A program made the position numbers and the translations under genes. Below the pieces are notes generated by a model that worked only from the letters and a program-made list of their open reading frames with translations, was not told the DNA's origin and ran no database searches. From contig OX597818.1 in NCBI GenBank assembly GCA_951406725.2, positions 94,364,001 to 94,428,000 of the forward strand: a stretch of DNA of 64,000 nt. Reading direction: 5' to 3'. The DNA is from Octopus vulgaris (taxonomy: Eukaryota). Below are positions 1-13,909 of this stretch, in pieces (within the stretch, counting starts at the first letter, position 1; each line of letters begins with the position of its first letter).

Positions 1-23
1 CATATAGGCTAAGTCCATATCGC

Positions 24-153
24 TTACCAACAACATGGTTCCAGGTTCAGTCCCACTGCGTGGCACCTTGGGTAAGTGTCGTCTACTATAGCCTTGGGCC
101 AACCAAAGCCTTGTAAGTGGATTTGGTAGACAGAAACTGAAAGAAGCCCGTCG

Positions 154-203
<50 letters not shown>

Positions 204-410
204 TTGTATCTGTGTTTGTCCCCCCAACATTGCTTGACAACTGACGGTGATGTGTTTACATCCCCATAACTTTGCAGTTCGGCAAAAGAGACCGATAGAA
301 TAAGTACTAGGCTCACAAAGAATAAGTCCAGGGTTGATTTCCTCGACTAAAGGCAGTGATCCAGCATGACTACAGTCAAATAACTGAAACAAGTAAAAGA
401 GTAAAAGAGT
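24..410 (+). mobile_element. tRNA-derived SINE, family A (internal (TA)/(TG) microsatellite)
   Basis: B-box-like ggttcagtccc followed by ggcaccttgggYaagtgtc and a cagtcaaatgactgaaacaagtaaaaga tail. Homologous full or partial copies lie at about 6630-6740(-), 10820-10975, 14460-14690(-), 17820-18145(-), 19478-19585 with 20050-20310, 22915-23070(-), 30600-30725(-), 31825-31990, 33763-33878, 34281-34640, 35200-35640(-), 56255-56380 and 63245-63390(-). Confidence 0.85.
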
Positions 411-444
411 ATATATATATATATCAAATGAATAATGACACATG

Positions 445-590
445 ATGAATAATTGTCCAGTGAAGGTTGGCTTGTGGTATACAGATGTCCTGATCTCATG
501 CTCAGTGTGTGCTATTAATATGTCCAGGAATGCCAGCTGATTGTCTTTTCCTTTTCCATTGTGAATTGTATGGATGGCAGTAGTACTTTG
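445..590 (-). pseudogene. Penelope-like element reverse transcriptase fragment
   Basis: With one frameshift the minus strand reads LPSIQFTMEKE/DNQLAFLDILIAHTEHEIRTSVYHKPTFTGQ, the characteristic C-terminal motifs of PLE RT (IQFTME, LxFLD, TSVYRKPT). Confidence 0.85.
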
Positions 591-614
591 GTTGGGTTCA
601 AAATTCCATCAGAA

Positions 615-656
615 CACCTGCTGAAGGCTGGAGAGTACACCAGCCGAAACATGATA
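615..656 (+). ncRNA. degenerate type I hammerhead ribozyme motif (inverted pLTR of the PLE)
   Basis: CTGCTGA-A, perfect stem II GGCTGG/CCAGCC, then GAAAC. Stems I and III are decayed. It diverges from the adjacent PLE RT fragment. Confidence 0.6.
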
Positions 657-1007
657 ACAACAAACAAGATGGGGACATCTGTTGAGGACGTCCATTGTAA
701 ATAATATATATAATTCCTTATCTCAAAAATATAAAATAGTAATATCAATCTGATTCAGTTCTACATGGGTATGTAGGACACATCCATCTCATCTGCCCCC
801 AAACATCTGATTTGATGAACATGTCCTACATTGAGCTGACTCAAACTATAATCAAATATATATACATATTAACATACAGTTGGTACACACTTAACATACA
901 GTTGGTACATCCCTGAGGCAAGCTCTGTCAAGGAAAAATACCACAGAGATCACTGTGGGGTGCACAGTCACCAACTGCTCCATCAACGACATTAAAATTT
1001 GAGGGCA

Positions 1008-1100
1008 TATGTAGTATACAAGGTAATCTGCAATAAATGTGGTGCATCCTACATAGTGAGCACCACTAGGAAACTATGCATCTGTATAAAGGAGCATATA
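1008..1100 (+). pseudogene. Penelope-like GIY-YIG endonuclease fragment
   Basis: Translates to YVVYKVICNKCGASYIVSTTRKLCICIKEH, matching VVY-x-CxxC-x-YIG-x-T-R-L-x-R-x-KEH. Confidence 0.75.
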
Positions 1101-2299
1101 CAGACAGACACCTCTATAAAGAAATGCCTTAGGAAGTGCCTTAGGAAGTGCCTTTCATCCTTTCGGGGTCGATAAATTAATTACTAGTGGGGTCAATGTA
1201 ATCAACTTATCTCTGCACCTGAAATTGCTGGCCTGTGGCTATAGTAGAAAGAATTATTATTATTAGCATTATCATTATTAATATTATCAATGTTACCACT
1301 GGTCATATTATCATAGTAATTATCACTATCATTAGGATGGCTGTTAGCCATAGCATTAGGACCACCATCAATAGTATTCTCATGAAGGGTAGTATTATGG
1401 CTGTTGTTGGCATTTCCATTACTAGGCTTAATATTAATGTCAACGTTATGGCAGATGTACTTATTATTATTATTATTCTTATTATTATAATCATTTTTAT
1501 TATATTTATTATTCTCCTTAGGAGTGTTATGTGTTTATTAGATGAGGCTATGGTGGATTTAATATTAGGCAGTGAGGTGTAGGATAATTTGAGGGTGGAT
1601 CAATTAAAGATCAAGTGGTACTTATGGTAGGGAGGAAAGTTGGAATTGATGATATTGGAAAAAAAGGGTGGGTAAGCCCTTAACATTTAAGGAGAAGGGC
1701 GGAGTATACCAAAGTAGGGTTCTCTCTGCCATTTTTATTAGGTAACCTCATGGGTGCAGAATCATGTTTTTATCTAAGAAATAGTGATATATCTTTAGAA
1801 CAACAGTAGAGAATTACATGCTGAGATTTAAAAAAAAGTTTTGTACATTTTCCCTGATTTGCTAACAAAATAAATTTGCAGAACACAAATTTGGTGGGCG
1901 TGTAAAAACATTAAATTATCCAGACTTTTACTTAAACACTCAATAACATAAACGAATGCATTAATAATTACAGATAAACATTATAACATTTGTAATATGA
2001 GTAGAGAAGTTGAATACAGCAAGCTGAATATGTCTACAAATATCTACCACCTTAATCTGAATCAATTGTTAATTATCAACAGTGTGGCTGACTCTTAGAA
2101 GTATATAATTTCCATGTTCTGTTCTAAACAACCATGCAATGGTTATTGTTTTTACATCTGGTGCAAATTTTGCTGCAAATGTTCCACATCAGTTTTCCTT
2201 ATGTTAGAAAATTGAATATACTGAACAAAAGGTATGTGTGTAAGTTTGCCTGCATAATGTGTGTGCGTGTGGTACTTGATAAAGCATGTACAAGTCTTG

Positions 2300-4900
2300 G
2301 AGAACAAATGAATGAATGATGGCAATTTTAATGAAAGGGAAAATTAATCGTGCTTGTCAATCTACTACCTGCTGTCCAAGCATGGCTCACGCATACAGAT
2401 GCAGCTAGATTGTGATCAACAAAGAACAAAGAAGCCTTATCACAGAAAACAAGACACTTTCTTTCATAGATTTCAAAACATGTAGACATGATGAAAGGTT
2501 GTGAGATTGAAGAAATACTGGAGCAGAGATGAATGGATGTCAGCTGTATGCAAAAGGTAAGATGGAAAAGGTCTTCAATTAAACTTCTCACCAGTAAGAA
2601 GCAGCAATTTAAATTCTTCTGAGTGAACAATAGTGATGACAGAGGTTGAGTAGGTATACTGTTAGCTGGAAGACAGATAGATAAATTAATAGAGGTAGTT
2701 ATGGTGTGTGATAGGATAAATAGTTAAAACTAATTGTAGGTATCAAAGGAGCAACATGTATCTCAGCATATGACACACAAGTGCATCAGCCAGAACAGAA
2801 GGATCACTTCCCTGAGAACCTCCTGTAGATTACCTCAGTTATGTGTGACAGTGACTTCATTGTTATAGCTGGAGACTTTAACAGACATGTTGGTCAGCAT
2901 ATTGGTGGCTTTTGCAATGTACATAGAAACTATGGTTAAGTCTCAAGGAATGAGGCAAATGTAAGGCTTATGGAGTTTTGTGGAGCAACTGATCTAAAAT
3001 TTGCGACACACTCTTTAAGAAACCATCCAGCCACCTCATCACCTACCAATCTAGTGAACATAAAAGTCAGGTAGATTACATTCTCACCAGGAAATGGGAC
3101 AGAAGGATTATTATGAATACCAAAACCTTTTTTGGTGAAGAATGCATTATGCGACATAGGTTTGTGGCTTGTAACTTTTGTGTCAGGATTAGGTAGAAAC
3201 AAAAAAAAGTAAAACAACATGGTGAAGGAAGATTTAGAAATTAAAAGATCCAGCAATTGGGAATAGGTTTAGAGGAATTCTAATTAAGGTAAACTTACCA
3301 TCACTATAGAACAAAAGAATCTGGCTTGGAAGTGCTATTATGAAAAGCTGCTGAATGTGGAGAATGTATGGAATAAACAGGGATTATTTCATGCTAACCC
3401 AATAAAAGGACCAACAATTCAAGTTGACAGCAATGTGGTAGATAAGTAATCGAGGATATGAATAGGGAAAAAGGCTCTGGTTTATTGGAAATAATTGCAG
3501 AGATGCTTAAAATAACTGGGGAAGTGGGATGCAAGACCCTCTGGATAGTTAATCAAGTCATTCAGGAGGGTTCTATACCCAATAACTGGCATAGTAGTAT
3601 CATCATAAGCTGCTGCAAGGGTGATACCTTAAAGAGAAGCAGCTATAAGGGAATCAAAGTTCTAGATCAAGTTATGAACCTCATGGAGAAAGTCATAGCC
3701 TACTTGATCAGTTATAGAGTTGACCTGGATGAGATGCTGCTTGGCTTTTCCCCCAGAAGAGAGACCATAGATACAATCTTCCTAGTGAGGCAACTACATA
3801 GAAATACCTAGCTTTCATTGATTTGCAGAAAGCCTTTGACAGGGTACTATGACCAGTAATCTAGTGGGCACTGATGGATCTAGGTGTAGATGAATGGCTT
3901 ATGTATGTAATTCAAGCTATGTAAATGGATGTAGCAAGTAAAGTGAAAGTTCTGTGATAAATTTAGTATGAAGTAGGAGTCCATAAGCCGTCACAGAGGA
4001 GCTTCTATATGCTGAGGATCCAGTTCTCAAGGTTGCATCCATAGGGGAATTACAGAAGGAATTCCAGGCATGGCAGCTAAATGTGGAAGTGAGAGGCCTT
4101 AAGTTAAAAATAGCAAAGATGGAGGTTTTAGTAAGCAAGAAAGAAAATAGAACCCTGGTACTTACAGGGAAATACCCTTGCTTGATATGCAGAAAAGGAA
4201 TAGGAATAAACTCCATATACATACTTGATGTAAGATATGGACATACAAGTGCTGTAGTGGAGTTCAAAATGCAAGCTTCACATGCAGTAAATGCACTGGA
4301 ACAGTTCATACAAGCACAATGGAAATTAAATCTCTTAAATACCCAGATAGCTCACAAGAAATAGTTGATAGGTTTTGTTATCTAGGAGATATAATTATCA
4401 TGGGAGATGGTTGCCCCGAAAGTATTGTAACTAGAGTGAGAACTGGCTGGGGAAAGATCAGGGAGCTATTACCACTGCTGACAACAAAGATCTTTTTCCC
4501 AAGAGTGAAGGGCAGACTGAATGATGTTTGTGTTTGAACTTCAATGCTGCATGGTAGTGAGACATGGACCTTGAATGCAGAAGACTTGAGAAGATGAGAA
4601 AGATATTTAGCAAACATATTCTGTTGGATGTACAATGTGAGGGTGCATAAAAGAATTAGTACAAAGATGCTGAGTAAAAGAGGAATAAGACTGCACTGAT
4701 ATTGACATATAGTGTGTATGGATGAAGATAGCTGTATAAAGAAATGACAATTGCTAAATGTAGCTGGAACTCTGCAGAAGAGGGAGACACAGGAAAACAT
4801 GGGATGAAATTGTTAAGGCTGGCCTCAGAAACTTAAGCTTGACAGAGGAGATGACAAAGGACTGAGATCTCTGGCAGTATGAGGTTCTTGAGAAGACCTA
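2300..4900 (+). mobile_element. decayed RTE-clade LINE (APE endonuclease + RT)
   Basis: Frameshifted motifs: VGILLA, IAGDFN-HVG and QVDYILT (APE); LQKAFDRV, ELLYAEDPVL (YADD-like) and FCYLGD (RT); GKYPCLICRKGIG Cys-rich insert; SMLHGSETW. Many stops. Confidence 0.85.
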
Positions 4901-5791
4901 CCTTCATCAGTGGAACTGTGTTCTGAAAGTGCTATATATTGTGCTCTTCACCCACAATACAGTGACTCATCCTCTTCCATGTATTAAGCCTACCTCTCCA
5001 CCCTGCCACTCAGCTCCTGCAGACTACCAACCATGTCGTTCCTCCTTCTTGTGTCCTTCCCTGACAACCGTATGCTCTCTACTACTCTTGTTGCTTTCTC
5101 CACTTCTCCACTCTCTTCAGCATCCCACTATATCCCCCAACTAAGAGCTCCTTGTTCACCCACCCTTCAACCACACCCATTTTGGTTGTTTATTTCCCCA
5201 TTCCCACATTCTCCTTGCAAAATGATTCTTCAACTCACCTTATGCCTAGTGGGGTCACCAAGGTGCCTCATCACCATTATGTAGCTCTTGAAGCTCTTAC
5301 TGTTCATCTTGTCTTTCTTTCCCCCTCCCCAACAAGATGTGAGTAGCCATGCAGATCCTTTACAAGAACCTACTCTTCCCTACTGCCACTTCTCATCAAC
5401 AGTCAATCCCCTTACTGTCTTACATAAATCTGACATTTCTCCTACCCCAAGGTTTGTAGTTCTGTGAGTTGCATAGTGGCCTCATTAGTGCGGATGGCAC
5501 AAAAAAAGCACCCAGTCTACATTACAGAGGGGTTAGCATTAGGAAGGTCAGTCAACCATAGAAGCCATGCAAAAAAGAGACACTGGAGGCTGATGCAGAC
5601 CTTGCACATATCAGATCCTATGAAAATATCCAACCCATGCCAGCATGAAGCAGATGTTAACTAATAATGATGATAATACATATATATACTTATATACATA
5701 CATGCATGCACATATATATATATATAGATGTTACTTCAGCATGGCTGCAGTAAAATGACTGAAACAAGTAAAAGAATAAAAGAATATATAA

Positions 5792-5852
<61 letters not shown>

Positions 5853-6178
5853 CACATACATACATGCATATATACATACATATGTATATATACATATACA
5901 TACATATATATGTATGTATGTATGCATGTATGTGTGTATATGTGTGTGTGTGTGTGTGTACCTGAGTGTCTGGGGAAGAGTTCCTGGCTTTGGGTAAAAG
6001 AAAATACCAAGAAGGATCAGTTAATTATGATTTTATTCAACATATTCCTCTCTCAGATTCACACACTTATTGCAGCAGTCCTTCAATTTTGCTAAGCCCT
6101 GTAAAAGAACTCAGGAGGTTGGGCCTCCTACCAGGCCTTTCACAATACCCTTAAAGCCAAGAACTTTTCAGTACCCCA

Positions 6179-6251
<73 letters not shown>

Positions 6252-7517
6252 AACACATACATACATACACATGTAGGTTTGTATGTAAGCATATATATGT
6301 ATGTAAGTTTTGTGTATATGCATTCATACACCATCATTTTAACATTCACTTTTCCATACTTGTGTTGGCCAGACCGAATTTGTTGAGGCAGATTTCCTAT
6401 TACTCTCTTGTCATTAAATTTTATTTGTTTTCCAAGCAAATTGATAAATGATATTTCCCTGTGGTCAGGCATGTTTTCACAGAAGATTAGAAATGAGTAA
6501 TATCATTTGTGTGATGGTGATTCTCATTTACAACTGTTGCATGATGTCAAGACAAGACTAGAATACAACTCCCACACACACACACATGCATGCACACGTA
6601 CACACACACATACACGCACACAAATTTATTTCAGTTTCTGTGTATTAAATTCATTCAAAGGGTTATGTCTACCTGGGGCTATAGGTGAACAATACTAGCT
6701 CAAGGTTCCATGCAATGAGACTGAACCTGATTGCATGGCACCTAGGGTAAATGCCCTCTACTATAGCCCCGGACTGCCTGCAAACATAAAACGACACGTC
6801 AAGATACATATCATCCCATCAAAATGGTCTATTAATTATTTGATAGAGATTTATAAAATAATTATCAAATTGAAAGATGTACTGAGGTTGCTTGGTAAAG
6901 GAAGTAGAATGATGCATCGTTCTGTAACCAGATCAAACCATAATGATCTCCTTAACAAGTGCTACACGATTGTCATGAAGTCCTGCTGGAGAATACAAAA
7001 GGTATGAAGTCCTGCTGGAGAATACAAAAGGTATCTCCTTTTATCTTCCTTCCCAGTATTTTTTAGAAAACTCTATCTTGTTACTTATTTAAGCCCTTCA
7101 TTCCCTATGGAGCATAGACCATTAACAACTTTTCTCAACTGTTCTCAACTCTGGGTTGTCCTTAATATGTGGCCTATGCTCCTGGGTTTTGTTGGTTTTG
7201 AAATATCATTGAAGCTTCTGTAACTTTTTTTTTTCAGGTTAGGTAGGGACATAAAATTGGGTCTGGCCCTACACAAGCCCATTTTCATCTCTGGGAAGAG
7301 CTTATCTGGCCTTTATCCTTTGATCAGTCAGGCATGGGTGGTTGTAACAAGAGCTTGAATTTTACTGGCATAGCTCTCAGTGTCATTGAGATACACAAGT
7401 CACCAACTGCAACCAAAACTGGATCAACACTATCTTGTTGACTATAGCTAAATCTGAAAGAGGGATGAAAAAAAAAGTGAAAAAGAGAGACAGATAGACA
7501 AATAGAAAAAATGAGAG

Positions 7518-7623
<106 letters not shown>

Positions 7624-8280
7624 GAGAAAGAGAGAAAGAGAGAAAGAGAATAATTTACCTAGTATTTGATTGATACATGATATAGCAATCACAAAAGTAT
7701 GAAAGCCACAACAGACCTTAACAAGATTTTAATTCATGACACAAAGGGATGGAACAATAGTCCATCATTAAAGCACTTCTTCCAAAATGCCAACAAATCC
7801 ACCAATTAAACCAAACCCCTTAAAGTTGGTGCCCCAGCATGGCCAAACATGGATAGCTGAAAACCAGTAAACTAATTCCTTATAATTCCTTTATTTAAAC
7901 TCAAATTTTTAATCCCACCAAATATTACAAAGAAATGATTATCTCCTTTGTAACAAGTGCAACCTCTAGGGAAACCACATGTGAATAAAGCAAGTACAGT
8001 GGAATGACAGTATTTGATATCATCCTTCTATGTTCTAAGTTCAAATCGCATCTGATATGCTTTCACCTTCCATAGCTCTGTTGTCAATGTAACAACATGA
8101 TCAAAGGATGCAGATTCTTTTGATGCTGTCAAACATTAAACTGAATAAGATTAAATATTTACAATGTTTTAGTTTCAATTAATAAAACAAATACCAGTAA
8201 TATATTGTGGTTAATCTAGTCAACCTGTATCTTTTTCAAAACATGGCCTTGTTCCTGAGTATCTGCCTGTCTGTCTGTCA

Positions 8281-8281
8281 G

Positions 8282-8344
<63 letters not shown>

Positions 8345-8530
8345 GTCTATCTATCTATCTACACACACACATATACACACACATACATACATACATACAT
8401 ACATACATACATACATGCATACATGCATACATACATACATACATATATATAATACACACACACATATACGTATGTATGTATGTATGTATGTATGTATGTA
8501 TGTATGTATGTATGTATGTATGTATGTATG
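8281..8530. repeat. compound tetranucleotide microsatellite (TCTA)n/(CATA)n/(TATG)n
   Basis: Seen directly; one of dozens of (TA)n, (CA)n, (GA)n, (CATA)n and (GATA)n tracts in the window. Confidence 0.95.
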
Positions 8531-8853
8531 AATATATGCATGTGTGAGAGAGAGATAGAGAGGAAAAGAGAGAGAGAGAAAGAGAGAGAAAGTAAGTGGG
8601 GGAAAAGATAGCCATCCAAGTGTATCAGTTCGAGGTAGCAGCTTGATATTGATTGTACAATGACAACAGGTTTCAATTGTTAAACAAACACAAAGCAACA
8701 TAGGTTCTGTCACTTAATCAATCGACTCATATTTTGATAGACAGATAAGCAGATGCATGGATGGATGCATGGATGGATGGAAGGATGGTTGGGTGGATGG
8801 ATGGTTAGAAAGACAAACTGAATGATAGAGAACTAGATAGAGGGACAGATAGT

Positions 8854-8897
<44 letters not shown>

Positions 8898-8940
8898 TAG
8901 ATAGATAGATAGATAGATGCTTTGCTGGCTTGTTGGCTGG

Positions 8941-8982
<42 letters not shown>

Positions 8983-9036
8983 GAAATATTAAAATTACTA
9001 AGTCTCTCTAAAGGAGATTACGGCAGCATTACTGGA

Positions 9037-9157
9037 TATTAATAATTATCACCATACTAATATGGCAGTCTATAAATATAAGACTAAAGCTAATCAGCGA
9101 CAGCTTTAGTCTTATATTTATAGACTGCCATATTAGTATGGTGATAACTATTAATAT
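9037..9157. repeat. near-perfect palindrome between (TA)n tracts (probable PLE tail-out remnant)
   Basis: Arms of about 55 bp (attatcaccatactaatatggcagtctataaatataagactaaagct and its reverse complement), a short spacer and a one-sided extension, with (TA)n on both sides. Confidence 0.8.
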
Positions 9158-9178
9158 ATATATATATATATATATATA

Positions 9179-10065
9179 CAGGGTGCAGTAAATATATTGT
9201 CGCCTAAATTACACAAAAATGAAAATAACATTGATATCTCATTTTAACAGATATATATTACCAAAATTACGTAAAAAAATCATGAAATACTAAAGAGTAA
9301 ATTTTTCAATAAAATCGCCATTTGCTTCAACCATGGCCTCCAGACGACTTTGGAATCTCCTGCAACTCTTCTGGTTGGTCACCTTTATAAAGTTGGTGAA
9401 TGCTGCCATAACCCATGCCTTCATTTCATCTTTGCTGTTGCAAGGAGTTTTGTTGGTCTCTCCCTCAACTGCACCGCACACATAATAAACAAGGGGGCTG
9501 TAGTCTGGGGAGTTAGGTGGCTAGATGTTAGGGGTGATGTGGTCGCAGAAATTGTCTGACAGTCATGACTGGGTTTTCCTACATGTCTGGCATGGTGCAG
9601 AGACCTGTTACCAGACGTAGTGTCTTCCAGCAGCTACCCTCTTGACTCGGGCTAGCACTAGCTCCTCCAAGCACTTAACGTAAGCCTCTGTGTTGAGTCT
9701 GAGGCCATGTGGGAAGGTGAATGGAGGCATGATATTGCCATGACTAGTGTTCACTCCAAACACCATGATGTTGACTGGATTTTTTATTTTTATCACTCTT
9801 GGTACATGTCCTCAGACTGCACTGTCATCACATTGACATCCAAACACTCTGAAATGTTCATATTGGAGCTTCCAGTGCAAATGTCAGGCAGTACAGCATG
9901 TTGTTTCCAAATTTCTGGCAGAGTATTGCGTCATGGTGCTGTTTTTTTTTGTCGCAGATGGTGCCTAACTGACCCTACTATATTGTGTACTCAACAAAAT
10001 CAAAAACAAACAATGTGCATTCATGAAATTAAAAATGCAAAATGGCAACAATTTACCCATTGCAC

Positions 10066-10069
<4 letters not shown>
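9179..10069 (-). mobile_element. Tc1/mariner DD37D (maT-type) transposon, internally deleted
   Basis: Imperfect TIRs starting CAGGGTGCA. Minus-strand transposase remnant VMVFG...YVW*QVSAPC...*PPNSPDYSPLVYY has 37 residues between the two positions of the catalytic Asp (both mutated to Val) and ends EANGDFIE. Confidence 0.85.
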
Positions 10070-10115
<46 letters not shown>

Positions 10116-10266
10116 TATATATATACATACACATACACACACATGCATATATATAAAGAGAGAAAGAGAAAGAGAGAGAGAGAGAGAAATAGATTGTAAA
10201 ATTAATGGTTAGCTCAGTAGATAGAAAGATAGGCAAACAAGCAGACAAATAGCTAGTTACATAGAT

Positions 10267-10339
<73 letters not shown>

Positions 10340-11047
10340 CAACAGAGAGAGAGAGAGGGGGAGAAAGAGAGAGAGAGGGGGAGAAAGAGAGAGAGAGGGA
10401 GAGAGAGAGGAAGACTGGAGGCTAACTCTCTTATGCTACTTGAATGTGGTCCCTTATTCTAGAGATATGCGATTAAAATGATATTGTTGCATGAGACATC
10501 AGCACAGCTTTAGAACTTAGCCTTATATAAAAACTTCCTGGTTGGCTTATCTACTTACTAGCATTTAGTCACCCTTTGGTCAGGAAATTTCCTGTTTGAC
10601 TGACACTCTATTAAATCTATTCTATTTCATGTTTGGCAATATCTCCACCAGTCTTCACTCTGTACATCAATGTATACAAGCAAACTCCTCAAAACATGAT
10701 ATCAGCATACATTCCTGTTTGACCCACAATGAACAGGTAGTGCAATACCAATAATTTTCAGTGGCCATGGGCAAAGACACTTTTTGTACTCCTATCTTAA
10801 TTTATACATGTAATTTTGCAGGTGTCTGTGTGAGACTGTATGGTTAAGACATTTGCTACCCAACCATATAGTTTCAAGTTCAGTGCTATGGCATAAACCT
10901 TGGGCAAGTGTCTTCTACTCTAGTCCTGGGCTAAGCAAAGTCATATGAGTGGATTTGCGAGACAATTCTGAAAAACATATATATTCATATATACATATAC
11001 ATATTTACATATATATATTTATACACACATGCACACACACACACATA

Positions 11048-11093
<46 letters not shown>

Positions 11094-11439
11094 TATATAT
11101 AAATATATATATACACATATATTATATAAGGTGTTACTCAGGCACTCAACTATGAGTCCACAGCATCTTGAAGTGGAAACAGCTGTAAGCCAATGAAGTT
11201 CATAAGATAATTGTTTATTCTTTCTTACACACAGACACACACACACATACACACACACATACAGACACATTCACGCACAGATATACCTTTATATAGGCAC
11301 ATATATGCAAACACACACATGCACACATACATATATATATATGTACACACACACATATATATATATATATACATATAAACACATATACATATGCATATAT
11401 ACACACATTCATATACATATATACACACACACACATATA

Positions 11440-12190
11440 CATCATCATCATCATTATCATCATTTAACATCCATTGTCCATGCTGGCATGGGTTGGACGG
11501 TTTGACTGGGCTGGTATGTTTGGAAGGCTGTACCAGACTCCAGTCTAATTTGGTGTGGTTTTCTACGGCTGGATGCCCTTCCTAACACTAACCACTCCAA
11601 GAGTGTAATGAGTGCTTTTACATGCCTCTAGCATGAGTGCCATTTGTGTGACACTAGGGTGCATTTACATAGCACCGGCATGGGTGCCAATTTGCATGAC
11701 ACTTGTATCTGTCACAACTGCAATTTTGCTCAGCTTGATGAGTCTTCTTCTCAAGCATGACAAAATGCCAAAGGTCTTTGCCATTGCCGCTGTGAGGCCC
11801 AACACTTGAAGGGAACTCAGTCACTTTGCCTCCATGACGTCCAACACTGGAAAGAAACTCAGCCACTTTGCTTCCACCAGGCTCAACACTCAAGAAGAAC
11901 TCAGCCACTTTGCCTCTGTGAGCCCCTACATTTAAAAGATGTTCTTTATGTGCCATCAGCATGGGTGCAGCTGGCTTGACAGGTCCTCTCAAGCACAGCA
12001 CATCCCAAAAGGTCTCAATCACCAGTCATTGCCTCTGTGAGACTCAAAGTATGAAGATCATGCTTCACCACCTTGTCCCATGTCTTCCTGGGTCTACATC
12101 TACCACAGGTTCCCTCTAGAGTTAGAGATCAGTACTCTTCACGCAGCCGTCTTTGTCCATACACATCACCTGACCATTCCAGCGCAGTCA
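11440..12190 (-). mobile_element. RTE LINE 3' end / RTE-tail repeat with (GAT)n tail
   Basis: gttaggaagggcatccagc...aaaccgtccaacccatgccagcatgga...gttaaatgatgat motif. Related copies lie at about 5460-5680, 32790-33000, 38040-38250(-), 46966-47108, 50570-50790(-), 53200-53490, 57748-57945, 57990-58330(-), 59330-59575(-) and 60420-60710. Confidence 0.75.
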
Positions 12191-13402
12191 TCTCTTTCAC
12201 TTTGCAAAGTTAAGTTTGACATTTTATCGTTTCTCTATTTCGTTGTGTTTTTGAAATATTAATACTATTGTTGTTATTATTGTTGTAATATTATTATTTA
12301 TTTATAGTTTCTTGATAGTATTTCTTACGTTCGATATTGGATATGTTATCCTTTAATTATTATAAAGGATTTTAACGTTTTACATCTTATTTAATTTGAG
12401 AATTAATATTGTTTGACTATATTTATTTTAATAATTAGATAATATTTTCATTAAGTAGTATTATTTTTAAATAAACTAGTTTTTATTTTAATATAAAGTT
12501 TATGTTTAATTTTTTTATCGTGTGATATATTAAATCTATAGATATTATACATGGATATTAATATAACTAGTTAATATAATGGATTTGAGTATATTTGTAC
12601 TATTTCTAATTTTTTATTGCATTATTCATGAAGAGGAATTGTATTGAGTATATTAATTAGACGCTAAAACATATTAATAAATTTAAAATCCAGATAGATT
12701 AACTTAATTGTTGAACTTAGTAATTTAATTTGTTTATCAATATTGGTTAGATCTTGTTACTATTTTGAGTTTGATCGTGATCATTATTGTTATTGTTATT
12801 GACTGGTTTTGTATAGGACTAGTGATTGTGATTGTACATCTTAGTGTATTGTTCTTTGGTTCTAATATTTTTGCACCTTTCTTTAATTTTGGGGTTGATA
12901 GGTTTTCTTACTTTCCATTAACATATTATTCTCACTATTATATCTTTTTATATATATTGATAGATATAAGTTACGATAGATATTAATTCTTATATCTCTT
13001 TTTTTTTTAATATATATATATATTTATATATAAAGGGATGTAACGAATTACATTTAATTTAATTTAAGAATTAATTTCGTCAGACAATATAGTATTTAAT
13101 TATTAGGTGGCTTATTTATTTGTAATATTAAATTTTAAGTTAATTAGGTATTATATTATTTGATATTTAGTCAACTTTGTTATAGATTGTCATATTAAAT
13201 CTATAGATACTACACATGTATATTTATTATATGGTTAGCTTATTTCAGGAGTTTGTCTATATTTGAACCATTTCTTATTTTGATTACAATTTAATGACTT
13301 GCACTAGCTTTGTGTATTTTATTTAATTTTAAAGTATTTAATAATTTAAGTATTGTTTTAGTTTTCACTTATGTATATTTAGTATTTTCATATATATATA
13401 TA

Positions 13403-13900
13403 TCTCTTATTATAAAAGGCAGATTTTATCTGCCTCCCTTTGGGAGTTATACAAATCTACAATATAGGATTTCTTCAATTACAATTTACCTAGCAGTTTT
13501 AAGAGTACAATGCATCGCGTCATGCCAGGTCCAGTTTTTAAAATTTAAACTCCAATTAAGCAAAATTTACAGAAAACTCACATTCTGGTGTGTGTGTCAA
13601 ATGCTTTTCTTAGTCTGGTTTACAGCACACGCAAACGCACACACACAGTGGGCAACGAATAAAATGAAAGTAATTGACTTACTGTAGTGAGTGATTCTTT
13701 CACTCTGCCTCCCACTTCCTCTTTCAACACATACACAAGCAAATATATAAATAAAATTGTAAGCTAACGTGCGTGTGTGTGAGTGGGTGTGTGTGGGTGT
13801 GCGCGTGTGTGTGTGTGTGAGGGTGCGTGTGTGTGTGTGTGCGTGTGCGTGAGTGTGTGACAGGAAAGTTTTTTACGACGAATATAACACCTATATCCAA
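13403..13900 (+). mobile_element. possible non-autonomous Helitron remnant
   Basis: 5' TCtcttattataaaagg start in an AT context resembles the Helitron at 15177; no clear 3' end. Confidence 0.35.
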
Positions 13901-13909
13901 GTAGCAGAA

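Noticed and set aside
5690-6472. Many 60-170 aa ORFs rich in YI/HT/CV/MYVC or poly-I/H/S (also near 8300, 11200, 22400, 25300, 31250, 37700, 51500 and 57600)
   Set aside because: They are translations of stop-free microsatellites, not genes.
6975-7035. Short tandem duplications (about 30 bp here; others near 870, 1125, 27880, 39380 and 59655)
   Set aside because: Ordinary slippage duplications with no further structure.
11145-11192. Possible hammerhead ctatgagtccac...gtggaaacagctgtaag
   Set aside because: The 3' half looks right, but the core needs indels; too decayed to call. The same applies to candidates near 12625, 13045-13085 and 33975-34015.
12190-13400. Extremely AT-rich 1.2-kb block with an internal diverged repeat (12531 vs 13196), considered as a mitochondrial insertion
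   Set aside because: No mitochondrial gene or tRNA is recognisable; more likely a decayed repeat, left unassigned.
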